Part shown: piece by piece, positions 19,596 through 28,896 of the stretch
How the letters are laid out: each line of letters begins with the position of its first letter
Numbering within the stretch: the stretch's first letter is position 1
IMG/VR virus record: IMGVR_UViG_3300035703_004050
Coordinates: 1 to 64,000 of that record
Strand: one strand, 5' to 3'
DNA: 64,000 nucleotides
Origin: a virus
The notes under the pieces: model-generated
The model's input: the letters and a program-made list of their open reading frames with translations, nothing else
What the model was told of the DNA's origin: nothing
Databases searched by the model: none
Program-made: the position numbers and the translations under genes

Positions 19596-20345
19596 ATGGC
19601 AAAGTCAAAAGGTGTTATGAGCGAGTTTCTAGAAATTATCAAAGAGGCAAAAGCACAAGGCCCTATTGATCAAAATCATGTTTGTCAATATTGTGGCAAA
19701 GCATTTGTACGTGAATCAACATTAGCAGCACACGTTTGCGAAAGTAAACGCAGGTATCAACAAAAAGAAGAAGTAGGGGTGCGTCTTGGATTTCAAGCTT
19801 GGTTGCGTTTTTATGAACTAACACAAGGTGTTTCAAAAAAGAAAACGTATGATGACTTTATTAAAAGCTCATATTATATTGCTTTTACAAAGTTTGGTCG
19901 CCATCTTCATAATATCCGTGCTATAAACCCAGCAGCGTTTATTGAGTATGTAATCAAAAATAATAAAAAATTAGATCATTGGTGCAGAGATAAATTGTAT
20001 GAAGAATACTTGCTGCAATATCTGCAGCGAGAAAATCCACAGGATGCACTTGAGCGTGGCATTATTGAAATGCAAACTTGGGCAGATGCAGAGCAAAGCG
20101 TAGTAAAAGACTTTTTTCGTTATGCAAATACAAACAAAATTGTTAGTATGATTGTAAATGGGCGTATTAGTCCATGGTTAATTTATTGTAGTGATACCGG
20201 ACAATCTTGTTTGGGAAAGTTTAATGATGAGCAGATCGCAATAGTTTACCCTTGGATTGATCCAGAACTTTGGCAACGTAAATTAAAGACTTATGCTGCT
20301 GATGCTGAATGGTGTAGAGAAGTTTTAAATCAAGCAGGTTTTTAA
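19596..20345 (+). CDS. Zinc-finger protein
   Basis: CQYCGKAFVRESTLAAHVC. Confidence 0.6.
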   Translation: MAKSKGVMSEFLEIIKEAKAQGPIDQNHVCQYCGKAFVRESTLAAHVCESKRRYQQKEEVGVRLGFQAWLRFYELTQGVSKKKTYDDFIKSSYYIAFTKFGRHLHNIRAINPAAFIEYVIKNNKKLDHWCRDKLYEEYLLQYLQRENPQDALERGIIEMQTWADAEQSVVKDFFRYANTNKIVSMIVNGRISPWLIYCSDTGQSCLGKFNDEQIAIVYPWIDPELWQRKLKTYAADAEWCREVLNQAGF

Positions 20346-20584
20346 TGCGTTGGAAATCTGAAACATATAAAGAAAAAAAAGAACGTTTAGAAAAATGGCG
20401 TAAATGTTTTGCATGGTTACCGGTTGTTATTGACGGCGAACGTGTTTGGTTAGAATGGGTATATAAAAGGACTAAGATGTATCATGGTGGCATGGGAGAT
20501 ACTGTGTATGAAACCGAGTACGGAGACGCAATGTCGATCCTCAAAAAACAAAAGTTTGATGGAGAATACGATGGGCTTGAGTGA
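20345..20584 (+). CDS. Small Trp-rich hypothetical protein
   Basis: WRKCFAWLPV...VWLEWV motif, shared with the next gene. Confidence 0.7.
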   Translation: MRWKSETYKEKKERLEKWRKCFAWLPVVIDGERVWLEWVYKRTKMYHGGMGDTVYETEYGDAMSILKKQKFDGEYDGLE

Positions 20585-20864
20585 TGATCCCGCCACGTGG
20601 CATCGCAGTGTTCATAGTCCATATAGCGGTACTGCGTATCTTAATCCAACTTTTAGTCCATGGGAAGAATGGTTCGCATGGTACCCTGTAAAGAAATATT
20701 TTTATTTTGAAGATGCTGCATTACTTGGTATAAAAGCTTATCGTTGGATATGGTTAAAAAAGATTAACAGACGTAAAGTAACGCATGGCCCTGCTTTCGT
20801 AGGTGTATCTAAAACTGATTGGGAATATGCTACATTAATGGAATTACTAAAACATGGACATTGA
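20571..20864 (+). CDS. Small Trp-rich hypothetical protein (paralog)
   Basis: WEEWFAWYPV...WIWLKKI; SD GGAG before ATG 20571. Confidence 0.65.
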   Translation: MGLSDDPATWHRSVHSPYSGTAYLNPTFSPWEEWFAWYPVKKYFYFEDAALLGIKAYRWIWLKKINRRKVTHGPAFVGVSKTDWEYATLMELLKHGH

Positions 20865-21423
20865 TATTGACATTGGCAATCGAGATAACTTACTCAAGTT
20901 AATCAAACATGTTCCTGCTGCTATTAATAGAAACAATACCTGGTCTAAACACAATACAGGTGTTTATGTAACACAGATACCAGTTGATCCTATATCTAAC
21001 TTTGCTACTATCGATTATCAAACAGCAGAAGATATTGGATATATCAAACTCGACATTCTCAATCAATCAGTATATGAACAAGTCAAAGATGCAGAACATT
21101 TAGATAAGTTACTTTCAACTGAACCAATGTGGGAAATGCTGCAATACAAGGAATTTGTAGATCAAGTAGTTCATATAGGTAATCATTATGATACTATACA
21201 GCGTATACCAGAACCTATTAATAGCATTCCCCGTATGGCGATGTTACTCGCTATTATTAGACCAGCAAAACGACATTTAATTGGTAAAACGTGGAAAGAA
21301 GTTGGATTAGATGTTTGGAATAAACCAGCAGATGATGCTTATTACTTCAAAAAATCACATGCGGTTTCTTATGCACACTTAGTTAAGATACATATGAACT
21401 TGTTATGTAGGCTTGCGGACTAA
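20854..21423 (+). CDS. Miniature DNA polymerase III alpha (DnaE)-like protein
   Basis: DIDID, KHNTGVY, GYIKLDILN, LAIIRP and YYFKKSHAVSYA match DnaE motifs in order. Confidence 0.75.
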   Translation: MDIDIDIGNRDNLLKLIKHVPAAINRNNTWSKHNTGVYVTQIPVDPISNFATIDYQTAEDIGYIKLDILNQSVYEQVKDAEHLDKLLSTEPMWEMLQYKEFVDQVVHIGNHYDTIQRIPEPINSIPRMAMLLAIIRPAKRHLIGKTWKEVGLDVWNKPADDAYYFKKSHAVSYAHLVKIHMNLLCRLAD

Positions 21424-21777
21424 TTGAATCATCTTACGTTTAGTACGTTTACCAGCTATTTCATGTAAACGTACAGCATGTCCTGCAAGTATTTCACACT
21501 CTTTAGTAATTAAAGTTTTAACGCAATATCTAAATTGTAACCAATCATCTTTTAGGAATATATTAATGGGTATCATACGATTTGATTCCCACCACCATTG
21601 ATTAGCTAATTCTAAAAACATTTTCTTATGATCGTCGGTTTTTAATGTATTGTAATCATATATTGTAGTTACATCAACGTCTTGATTTTGTACTATACAC
21701 ACGTATTCAATATCAGAATAACGGATGATGGCAAAAAAAGGATATTTTTCTAATAATTGTTGTAAAGCTTCATCCAT
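21403..21777 (-). CDS. Hypothetical protein
   Basis: 124-aa ORF with WWWESNR.IPINIFL. Confidence 0.75.
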   Translation of the reverse strand: MDEALQQLLEKYPFFAIIRYSDIEYVCIVQNQDVDVTTIYDYNTLKTDDHKKMFLELANQWWWESNRMIPINIFLKDDWLQFRYCVKTLITKECEILAGHAVRLHEIAGKRTKRKMIQLVRKPT

Positions 21778-21851
21778 TCTAACTTTACTTATACCAAAAA
21801 TATCTTTTGATTTGTTGACTAGAACACAGTTAATAACTATATTAAAGTGTT

Positions 21852-22832
21852 ATGAATTCTATCCAAGAAGCTATACGTTCAGTTATACCTGTAAAGCATA
21901 AAAATGCAAGTAAAGGATGGATCAGTTTTAATGCTCCATGCTGTACCCACAATGGCGAAACACCGGACAAAAAAGGTCGCGGTGGTATGCATTTTGATAA
22001 TAGCGGTGTTGTTTATCATTGCTTCAATTGTGGTTATAAAACAGGATGGCGACCTGGGTTGCATTTTGGGTTAAAAATACGCAAGCTTATGGAATGGATG
22101 GGCATGGACGAAGGTCTCATAATGAGATTACAGTTTGATGCACTACGGGATTTGGATGAAGAAGTTGTATACCAAGAGCGTATCAAAGAAGCAATACAAT
22201 TTGAATCACGTGAACTTCCAGAAAACACAATTGATTTAAAAGATGCAACCAATCAAGATGCGTTAGATACAATACAATATTTAAATAATAGAGGGTTTTA
22301 TCTAAATGATTTTGATTGGATGTGGAGTAGTTCTGAAGGTTATAATCGCAGAGTAATAATTCCATATACATGGGAAAACAAAGTAATTGGATACACTGCT
22401 CGCAGCATTGATTATCAAAGAAGTAAAGGAAAGTATATACAACACGTTGGAAGCGATTATGTATTTGGCATAGATCAACAAAAGCGAGACAGTAAATTTG
22501 CTATTGTAGTGGAAGGTGTGTTTGACGCAATACCACTTAACGGACTTGCAGTTCTTACTAATGAAGTTAGTGATAAAAAAGCAGAAATAATCGATACGTT
22601 AGGTAGAGAAATTATTGTTGTTCCAGATAAAGATAAATCTGGTAAACACTTAGTTAATGCTGCATTAAAGTATGGTTGGAGTGTAGCATTTCCAGATTGG
22701 CAGGAAGATGTCAAAGATTCTGCCGATGCTTGCTTACGTTATGGTAGACTTTATACAATGCGTTCAATACTTGCAACAAAGCAGTCAAACAAGCTAAAGA
22801 TTGAACTCTATAAAAAAAAGAATAGGTTTTAA
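21852..22832 (+). CDS. DNA primase (Zn ribbon plus TOPRIM)
   Basis: FNAPCC...YHCFNCG, VEGVFDA and VPDKDKSG motifs. Confidence 0.85.
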   Translation: MNSIQEAIRSVIPVKHKNASKGWISFNAPCCTHNGETPDKKGRGGMHFDNSGVVYHCFNCGYKTGWRPGLHFGLKIRKLMEWMGMDEGLIMRLQFDALRDLDEEVVYQERIKEAIQFESRELPENTIDLKDATNQDALDTIQYLNNRGFYLNDFDWMWSSSEGYNRRVIIPYTWENKVIGYTARSIDYQRSKGKYIQHVGSDYVFGIDQQKRDSKFAIVVEGVFDAIPLNGLAVLTNEVSDKKAEIIDTLGREIIVVPDKDKSGKHLVNAALKYGWSVAFPDWQEDVKDSADACLRYGRLYTMRSILATKQSNKLKIELYKKKNRF

Positions 22833-22835
22833 ATA

Positions 22836-23561
22836 ATGTGGCATTTTCATGGGTGTAGTTTAAGCACAGACAACTACGTTAAAAACAAAGATGATGCCTA
22901 CCCACGATTAGTAGGCAAACACTTCAATCAAACAGTTGATATAAAGGCAGTTATGGGTAACTCAAACCAAACTATCTTTTCGTGTGCAATTGACTCTTTG
23001 TTAGACGATTCTGTTAACACGGTGTTTGTGCAAATTACTACCCCCGGGAGGCAAGCATTTTATCACGATTACAAATGTATAACATCTACTCTAGGTAAAA
23101 CAAGCTATGAAATTCCAAATAAAAAGTGGCAAACATTTCTAGACGTTTTCAACTTACTTGATCAAGAATACAATCAGTTTGTTCTATTGTCACATTATGT
23201 GCCGCGGCTTGCTAAACTTGCAAGCATAACAGGAAAGCATCTACATTTTATTAATGGATATATGACTATTGATCCTATATTTTTTAGCGACAACAAAGAT
23301 GTAAATTACTATTTGTTAAACGACGATACAAAACGTATACTAAACTTTAGCAATAAACCAAACGATAATATAGCGGCACAAATTGTTGACATAAAGCAGA
23401 AGCTAGCTTGTATGAAAGATACAAGTTGGGTAACGATAGTTAACCCGTTAAGGGACTATGCAGTTGATAAAGGGTTAGATGGATCGCACCCAGGGGTAAA
23501 GTCAAATAAAATTTTTGCAGAGATAATTATTGAATACTTAGAAAAAAAGCATGATAGATAG
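22836..23561 (+). CDS. SGNH-like hydrolase-domain protein
   Basis: HGCSLS, GNSN and DGSHPG motifs. Confidence 0.5.
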   Translation: MWHFHGCSLSTDNYVKNKDDAYPRLVGKHFNQTVDIKAVMGNSNQTIFSCAIDSLLDDSVNTVFVQITTPGRQAFYHDYKCITSTLGKTSYEIPNKKWQTFLDVFNLLDQEYNQFVLLSHYVPRLAKLASITGKHLHFINGYMTIDPIFFSDNKDVNYYLLNDDTKRILNFSNKPNDNIAAQIVDIKQKLACMKDTSWVTIVNPLRDYAVDKGLDGSHPGVKSNKIFAEIIIEYLEKKHDR

Positions 23562-24939
23562 CAAATACTCGGTAGATCTACAAAAACTATTCTTAGAAAT
23601 AATGTTGGCTGATGCACAATCATTTGTGCGTGTACAAAACATTTATGATCCCGTAAACTTTGATAAGAGCTTACGTGCAGCAGCAAACTTTTTGCAGGAG
23701 TATAGTAAGGATTATAACTCGTTGCCAACTATTGAACAGATTAAAGCTAGTTCAGGTGTAAACTTGCAAAAGCTTGATGCTGTGGATGAAAGTATGGTTG
23801 ATTGGTTTATGGATGAGTTTGAGTCTTTCACTAGACATGAAACGCTGTTGCGTGTAATTCTTAAGAGTGCCGATCTTATTGAAAAAGGCGAATATGATCC
23901 AATTGAAAAGCTAGTCAAAGATGCAGTGCAAATTTCATTAACAAGAGATTTAGGAACTGACTACTTTGATGATCCCCGTGCTAGGCTTATGAAGCTTAAA
24001 TCTAACAACGGGCAAATGAGTACTGGTTGGCCAACACTCGATAGCAAACTGTATGGCGGTTTTAATAGAGGCGAACTAGAAATCTTTGCTGGCGGATCTG
24101 GTGCAGGTAAATCTTTGTTTATGCAAAACCTAGCTGTTAACTGGATGCTAGCTGGTATTGATGGTGTATACATTACATTAGAGCTTAGTGAAGAACTTTG
24201 TTCTATGCGTATTGACAGCATGATTACAGGTGTTGCAACTAAGGAAATCTTCAAAGACCTCGACACAGTTGAAATGAAGATCAAGATGGTTGGCAAAAAA
24301 TCTGGTAATTTACGTATCAAATATATGCCGGCACAAAGCAATGTAAATGACTTACGTGCATATTTGAAAGAATTACAAGTACAAACTGGTAACAAGATTG
24401 GTTATTTGTGCGTAGATTATCTTGATCTTCTAATGCCAGTTAGCGCAAAGGTTAGCCCATCAGACTTGTTCGTTAAGGACAAATATGTATCAGAAGAGCT
24501 ACGTAACTTAGCAAAAGAATTAAACATTGTACTTGTTACAGCTTCCCAGCTTAACAGAGGTGCAGTTGAAGAAGTTGAATTTGATCACAGTCACATCTCG
24601 GGTGGTATTTCTAAGATCAATACAGCAGACAACGTATTTGGTATCTTTACAAGCCGTAGTATGAAGGAGCAAGGGCGTTATCAACTACAGCTTATGAAAA
24701 CACGTAGTTCTAGCGGCGTTGGACAAAAAGTTGAATTGGAATTTGATCTTAATTCAATGCGTATTATTGATAATGGCGAGGATACCCAAAGTAGTTTTAA
24801 AAAGCCCAGCAGTTCTATTATGGATAGCATTAAAAATAAGACAAATGTTACCCCAAGTGAGGTTACAGACGTTCCAAAAGTAAATGCTGAGGTACAAAGT
24901 GCTAAGTTAAAGCAGATGCTTGCCAATTTGAAAAAGTAA
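23551..24939 (+). CDS. Replicative DnaB/gp41-like helicase
   Basis: GGSGAGKS, ITLELSE, VDYLDL and TASQLNR motifs. Confidence 0.9.
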   Translation: MIDSKYSVDLQKLFLEIMLADAQSFVRVQNIYDPVNFDKSLRAAANFLQEYSKDYNSLPTIEQIKASSGVNLQKLDAVDESMVDWFMDEFESFTRHETLLRVILKSADLIEKGEYDPIEKLVKDAVQISLTRDLGTDYFDDPRARLMKLKSNNGQMSTGWPTLDSKLYGGFNRGELEIFAGGSGAGKSLFMQNLAVNWMLAGIDGVYITLELSEELCSMRIDSMITGVATKEIFKDLDTVEMKIKMVGKKSGNLRIKYMPAQSNVNDLRAYLKELQVQTGNKIGYLCVDYLDLLMPVSAKVSPSDLFVKDKYVSEELRNLAKELNIVLVTASQLNRGAVEEVEFDHSHISGGISKINTADNVFGIFTSRSMKEQGRYQLQLMKTRSSSGVGQKVELEFDLNSMRIIDNGEDTQSSFKKPSSSIMDSIKNKTNVTPSEVTDVPKVNAEVQSAKLKQMLANLKK

Positions 24940-24959
24940 AAAACAATAAATAGTTTATT

Positions 24960-25211
24960 ATGAAACGTAGAACTCGTAGCATACTTGATGAAATCACTAA
25001 TATTGTCCCAGATCATGATAGGGGCAGCATTATTGAAAGCCGTGCCTTACACATTATTACTAGTGCTGTAAATCTAATTAATTTAATACGCGAAACGTAC
25101 GATCCTGAAACAGCAGGGGAATTGGAGCGCAGACTGCTAAACAGCATTAGAGGGCAGGATTCAAGCAAGTTCATGCGTGGTATACGAAGGACAGACCGCA
25201 ATGAAGATTAA
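24960..25211 (+). CDS. Hypothetical late protein
   Basis: TAAATA 7 nt upstream of the ATG. Confidence 0.7.
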   Translation: MKRRTRSILDEITNIVPDHDRGSIIESRALHIITSAVNLINLIRETYDPETAGELERRLLNSIRGQDSSKFMRGIRRTDRNED

Positions 25212-25815
25212 TGAATTATTAAATGAAGGTCAACAGCTTGATGAAATATTTGGGTGGCTCAAGGGTACAGGTGATCAGATGACAAACAGATACCTTCCAG
25301 GTTTTATGCGTAAGTGGAAGGAATATATGACATTAGCACCGCAGACTGGTAATAGTCCAAACAATCCTGAATATAGAGTAAAAGTTTTGAAGCAAATGCT
25401 AGCGCGTTATGTAAGGCCAGTTGGTGAAGAAATAGATGTTTTAAATAAACTGATTGCCGACGCCGGGCAAAATATTGCTAATGATAATACAATAAAGCAA
25501 ATTGCTACTCGTGGAATTGCAATTGCATTGCAGCGAAGAATAGTTCCACCAGAAAAAGAAGCAGCAAAGAAAAAAGTAAAAGCAAAAACTTCTCCAACTA
25601 AAACTGCTCCGCCAGCCATTGGAACAGCTCCAATGGCTCCAAAAGTAACTTACTCCATTGCTGTTGGAACTCCTATAAAAGTAACGGATGCAACAGGAGA
25701 TGTTGAGTATGTTTGGAATGGATCCGAATGGCGAAATGGTAGAACAGGCAAAACAGCTTCGAAAAAAATAGCAAACTACTTAACACAAGCAGCCCCAAAG
25801 GTAAAAAAGATATGA
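25201..25815 (+). CDS. Putative internal head protein
   Basis: N-terminus MKINELLNEGQQLDEI resembles a capsid-targeting/L-x-E processing signal. Confidence 0.5.
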   Translation: MKINELLNEGQQLDEIFGWLKGTGDQMTNRYLPGFMRKWKEYMTLAPQTGNSPNNPEYRVKVLKQMLARYVRPVGEEIDVLNKLIADAGQNIANDNTIKQIATRGIAIALQRRIVPPEKEAAKKKVKAKTSPTKTAPPAIGTAPMAPKVTYSIAVGTPIKVTDATGDVEYVWNGSEWRNGRTGKTASKKIANYLTQAAPKVKKI

Positions 25816-26498
25816 GTTTTGAATTTATCCAAGAACTTAGTGAAGCAAAGCTATTCCGCAATCCAACTAAACTAAAAGATGCTAGCGTAGGGCACCTTGC
25901 TGATAGTTTCTTTAATGCTATACTTGGTCTAGAAATACTAAAGCACACCGATCCAGCAGCAGCACAAAAGTATGCTAAACAAACCCTTGCTTATGGCAAT
26001 TTAAATGGATGGCGCAGTTCAGGCAGCGATCTACATAACATAGCACACTTGTTAATTAACAATAGACGTTACACAGATAAATTAGATATTGATAGAGTAG
26101 TTACTGTTCCAGAACTACAATTTAAAACATATCTTAAAAATTTAGCACAAGGTAAAAAAGATCCAACATTTGATAGAAAGTTTTTATTGAATTTACAAAA
26201 AGGATTAGGTATTAATAGTGCCGGACTTAAATCAGCTCGAAGATTAATTGGTGACTGGCCACGCACATTACCAAATGAAAAACAGTTAGCAGCAACACGA
26301 GTTTACATGGGACTACAGCACGATTTACAACAAAGTGACATGTGGGCACCATATACACGAACTATTAAACGAAATAAGCTTTTAATTAAAGATGCTAGCA
26401 TCCCAGCAAGCATACGAGCAGGAACTCCTCTGTGGGCTAAAATGGCTGTAGCTGGGGTTGCTGGTTATGCAATTGGCAAAAAATTAGCATTGGCATAA
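25812..26498 (+). CDS. Putative virion protein
   Basis: N-terminal FIQELSEA; late-gene block. Confidence 0.55.
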   Translation: MSFEFIQELSEAKLFRNPTKLKDASVGHLADSFFNAILGLEILKHTDPAAAQKYAKQTLAYGNLNGWRSSGSDLHNIAHLLINNRRYTDKLDIDRVVTVPELQFKTYLKNLAQGKKDPTFDRKFLLNLQKGLGINSAGLKSARRLIGDWPRTLPNEKQLAATRVYMGLQHDLQQSDMWAPYTRTIKRNKLLIKDASIPASIRAGTPLWAKMAVAGVAGYAIGKKLALA

Positions 26499-26567
26499 CT
26501 TTTTTTAATCAAATTGCTAAATAAGTACAGCGCACAAAGCGCAGAAACTTAGATAAGGAAAAATAAA

Positions 26568-26951
26568 ATGGCCGGTGTAACAAAAGTAAATGGCGATATG
26601 GGTGTAGCAAATGATCCACAGTTCTTTGGTGGATCAAAGATTGCATTCTTTGGTATGATCGTAAAGAACGGTTCAGCTCAAGCAGTTGATATGAGCGGTG
26701 AAGGTGGTGTTGGTGAAGCTTGGGAAGCAATTTATCAAGCAATTTCCCTAAAGGGTACTCCAGTACTATTCCAGTACCAGAGTGGTTCTTCAGGCGTAGC
26801 AAGTTGGGGCGTTGAGCTCAATGGTGCTGGTTGGACTGCTGCTGATCTTCAAACAGCAATCCGCGCACTTGGTGCTGACGTAGGTGCTAACAGCGTAGAC
26901 GTTTCTGGTACAACTGTAACAGACGTTGGATTTAAGTTAGCTGCATCATAA
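26568..26951 (+). CDS. Putative abundant structural protein
   Basis: Own TAAATA promoter (26518), SD AAGGA and terminator; Gly/Ala-rich. Confidence 0.55.
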   Translation: MAGVTKVNGDMGVANDPQFFGGSKIAFFGMIVKNGSAQAVDMSGEGGVGEAWEAIYQAISLKGTPVLFQYQSGSSGVASWGVELNGAGWTAADLQTAIRALGADVGANSVDVSGTTVTDVGFKLAAS

Positions 26952-26971
26952 TAGCTAAAAATTAAAATAAG

Positions 26972-27002
26972 AAAGCCGCATATATACTGTGCGGCTTTTT
27001 TT
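26972..27002 (+). terminator. Intrinsic terminator
   Basis: AAAGCCGCA...TGCGGCTTT followed by a T-run. Confidence 0.8.
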
Positions 27003-27449
27003 ATGACTAAACATTTGCAATCTAAATATCGTGATCCTAGAATAGAACCGTATGAGTTAGCAAAATTAACTCCTATGGATTTGCATAGTGATGAACGTTG
27101 GCTTACTAGAGATTTGCCCCGTATTGTTGAATATGGGTTATGGTATCCTATAACATTGTACAAAGTTACTCCCGTTTGGTGGCACGGACTTTTCTCCAAA
27201 TGGCGACCAAAGAATAATAGGTATGTTGATCCTATTGTTAACGAAGATGGATTAATTTGGGTAATAAAGATGGGAAGTAATAGATATCAATGTGCCTTGC
27301 ATTTAGGATACAAAACAATAGATGCTATAATGTTTGATAATGCTAATGATTGTGTTAAACTAACTGTTTGGTTTAGGGAATGCGATCCTTTAAATAATAA
27401 AAACGCTCCAGCATATACTGGGGCTTATGAGTACAAAAATGTTATATAG
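27003..27449 (+). CDS. ParB/Srx-like domain protein
   Basis: GL.YPI...GSNRYQCA.HLGYKTIDAI resembles the ParB-N G.RR..AA..LG...I motif. Confidence 0.45.
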   Translation: MTKHLQSKYRDPRIEPYELAKLTPMDLHSDERWLTRDLPRIVEYGLWYPITLYKVTPVWWHGLFSKWRPKNNRYVDPIVNEDGLIWVIKMGSNRYQCALHLGYKTIDAIMFDNANDCVKLTVWFRECDPLNNKNAPAYTGAYEYKNVI

Positions 27450-27852
27450 ACACCTTTTATTCACCACAGTTGACATTACGCAAACTAATGTAAAAATTAA
27501 ATCAAATATAGATGATTGGGATTTAAAAAGAAATCAACAACGAAACTTAGATACGTTAATACAGACAATTGGACTTAGAAGTCAGCCCACTAATATTCAC
27601 ATACGTAAATTTCCCAATTGTAAATTACATTATGCCTTAGGAAAAAATCTTCCTGAAATAGCAGCTATGTGGGAAATGGAATTTGATATAGAGCACGAAG
27701 GTGCTTTTGGAAAAGATTGCGAGCTTGTTCTAAAAGATTTAAATTACGTTCCTATTATTAATGGATTAACAGAAACTGAACCTGCATTCCCGCCAGTGTT
27801 CCAAAGCTATGGAACATTTAAAAATGTCCATATAATATTTTTACCCCGCTAA
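27427..27852 (+). CDS. Hypothetical protein
   Basis: 141-aa ORF with T.VDIT.T and RNQQRN..T..Q.IGLR. Confidence 0.7.
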   Translation: MSTKMLYRHLLFTTVDITQTNVKIKSNIDDWDLKRNQQRNLDTLIQTIGLRSQPTNIHIRKFPNCKLHYALGKNLPEIAAMWEMEFDIEHEGAFGKDCELVLKDLNYVPIINGLTETEPAFPPVFQSYGTFKNVHIIFLPR

Positions 27853-27934
27853 TATAAATATTTTGTGTTGAAAAACACATTAGGCACAATATAGGCACCC
27901 ATCAACTACTAATTTCAACTAATAAAGGGGTAGA

Positions 27935-28225
27935 ATGTCCTTATCGATTGAAAAACAAAGCCTAGAAGCACACGTTGATTTGTGTGCAGAGAGGTATGCT
28001 GGTTTGAAGGACGATTTAGCATCAATGTCCAAGCGAATTGAAAAGCTTGAAGATGGCATGAATGAACGCATGGATAAACTCGAAACTAGCGTTACCGAGA
28101 TCAAGGATATCTTAACTAAAAAAGAAACTAGTGCCCTACGTAGTATTATTGTTATTGGTTTAGCAATCATAGCTAGTTTAATTGGTACTGTTGGTGGATT
28201 AGTTTGGTACGTAGTAGCTCAATAA
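27935..28225 (+). CDS. Coiled-coil protein with C-terminal TM helix (holin/XhlA-like)
   Basis: Heptad region followed by IIVIGLAIIASLIGTVGGLVWYVV; TATAAATA at 27853. Confidence 0.5.
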   Translation: MSLSIEKQSLEAHVDLCAERYAGLKDDLASMSKRIEKLEDGMNERMDKLETSVTEIKDILTKKETSALRSIIVIGLAIIASLIGTVGGLVWYVVAQ

Positions 28226-28229
28226 GAGT

Positions 28230-28451
28230 ATGAAAAGAATCACTATCCTGTCTGGTGTTAACGTTTATATTTCCAACGAAATGATTAATATGTTAGATTT
28301 GATAGAATCAAACAAGGAAATTAAGTTTGATTCTTTAGAACTACCGCAAAAAAAGTTGCTTAAGGAATTGCACGAGCGTAACTTATTAGTTAGGAGAAGG
28401 AAAAACAATGAAGTTAGCTACAGCATACGATCAGGCATCAATTGGCGATAA
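28230..28451 (+). CDS. Hypothetical protein
   Basis: 73-aa ORF in the operon. Confidence 0.6.
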   Translation: MKRITILSGVNVYISNEMINMLDLIESNKEIKFDSLELPQKKLLKELHERNLLVRRRKNNEVSYSIRSGINWR

Positions 28452-28869
28452 ACTTAATAACTTAATTCAAGACACTCTTCCAACAATTACATTCCCAATT
28501 ATATCAAAAGGTAGCGATTGGGTACGTGTAAATGATATCCTAATTAGGGAAACAAACGATACATTTAAAGTTACTCGAAAAGGTGTTTTAATAACTCAAT
28601 TTGCTAAAAAGTCGTGGGCAATTGCTTATGCTGTGGCGCTATGTCAAAGCGATTTTCAAACTTGTTTAACACTTAAAAATAACAATCTAAGAGTAGAAAA
28701 ATACTTAGAAGAAATTGAACGTTATACCTATCATCTAGAACAAGCTAAAAATCGAGGTGATATCTATAAGGAAAATATGTTTAGTGACCGTTTAAGTCGC
28801 ACTATGAGCGAATACATAGCACTTATTGATGAAGTCTCTCCACTAATTAAAAGTCAATCATTTGTATAA
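28408..28869 (+). CDS. Hypothetical protein
   Basis: 153-aa ORF in the operon. Confidence 0.65.
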   Translation: MKLATAYDQASIGDKLNNLIQDTLPTITFPIISKGSDWVRVNDILIRETNDTFKVTRKGVLITQFAKKSWAIAYAVALCQSDFQTCLTLKNNNLRVEKYLEEIERYTYHLEQAKNRGDIYKENMFSDRLSRTMSEYIALIDEVSPLIKSQSFV

Positions 28870-28896
28870 ATAAGATATATAGTTAGGGATAACCAA

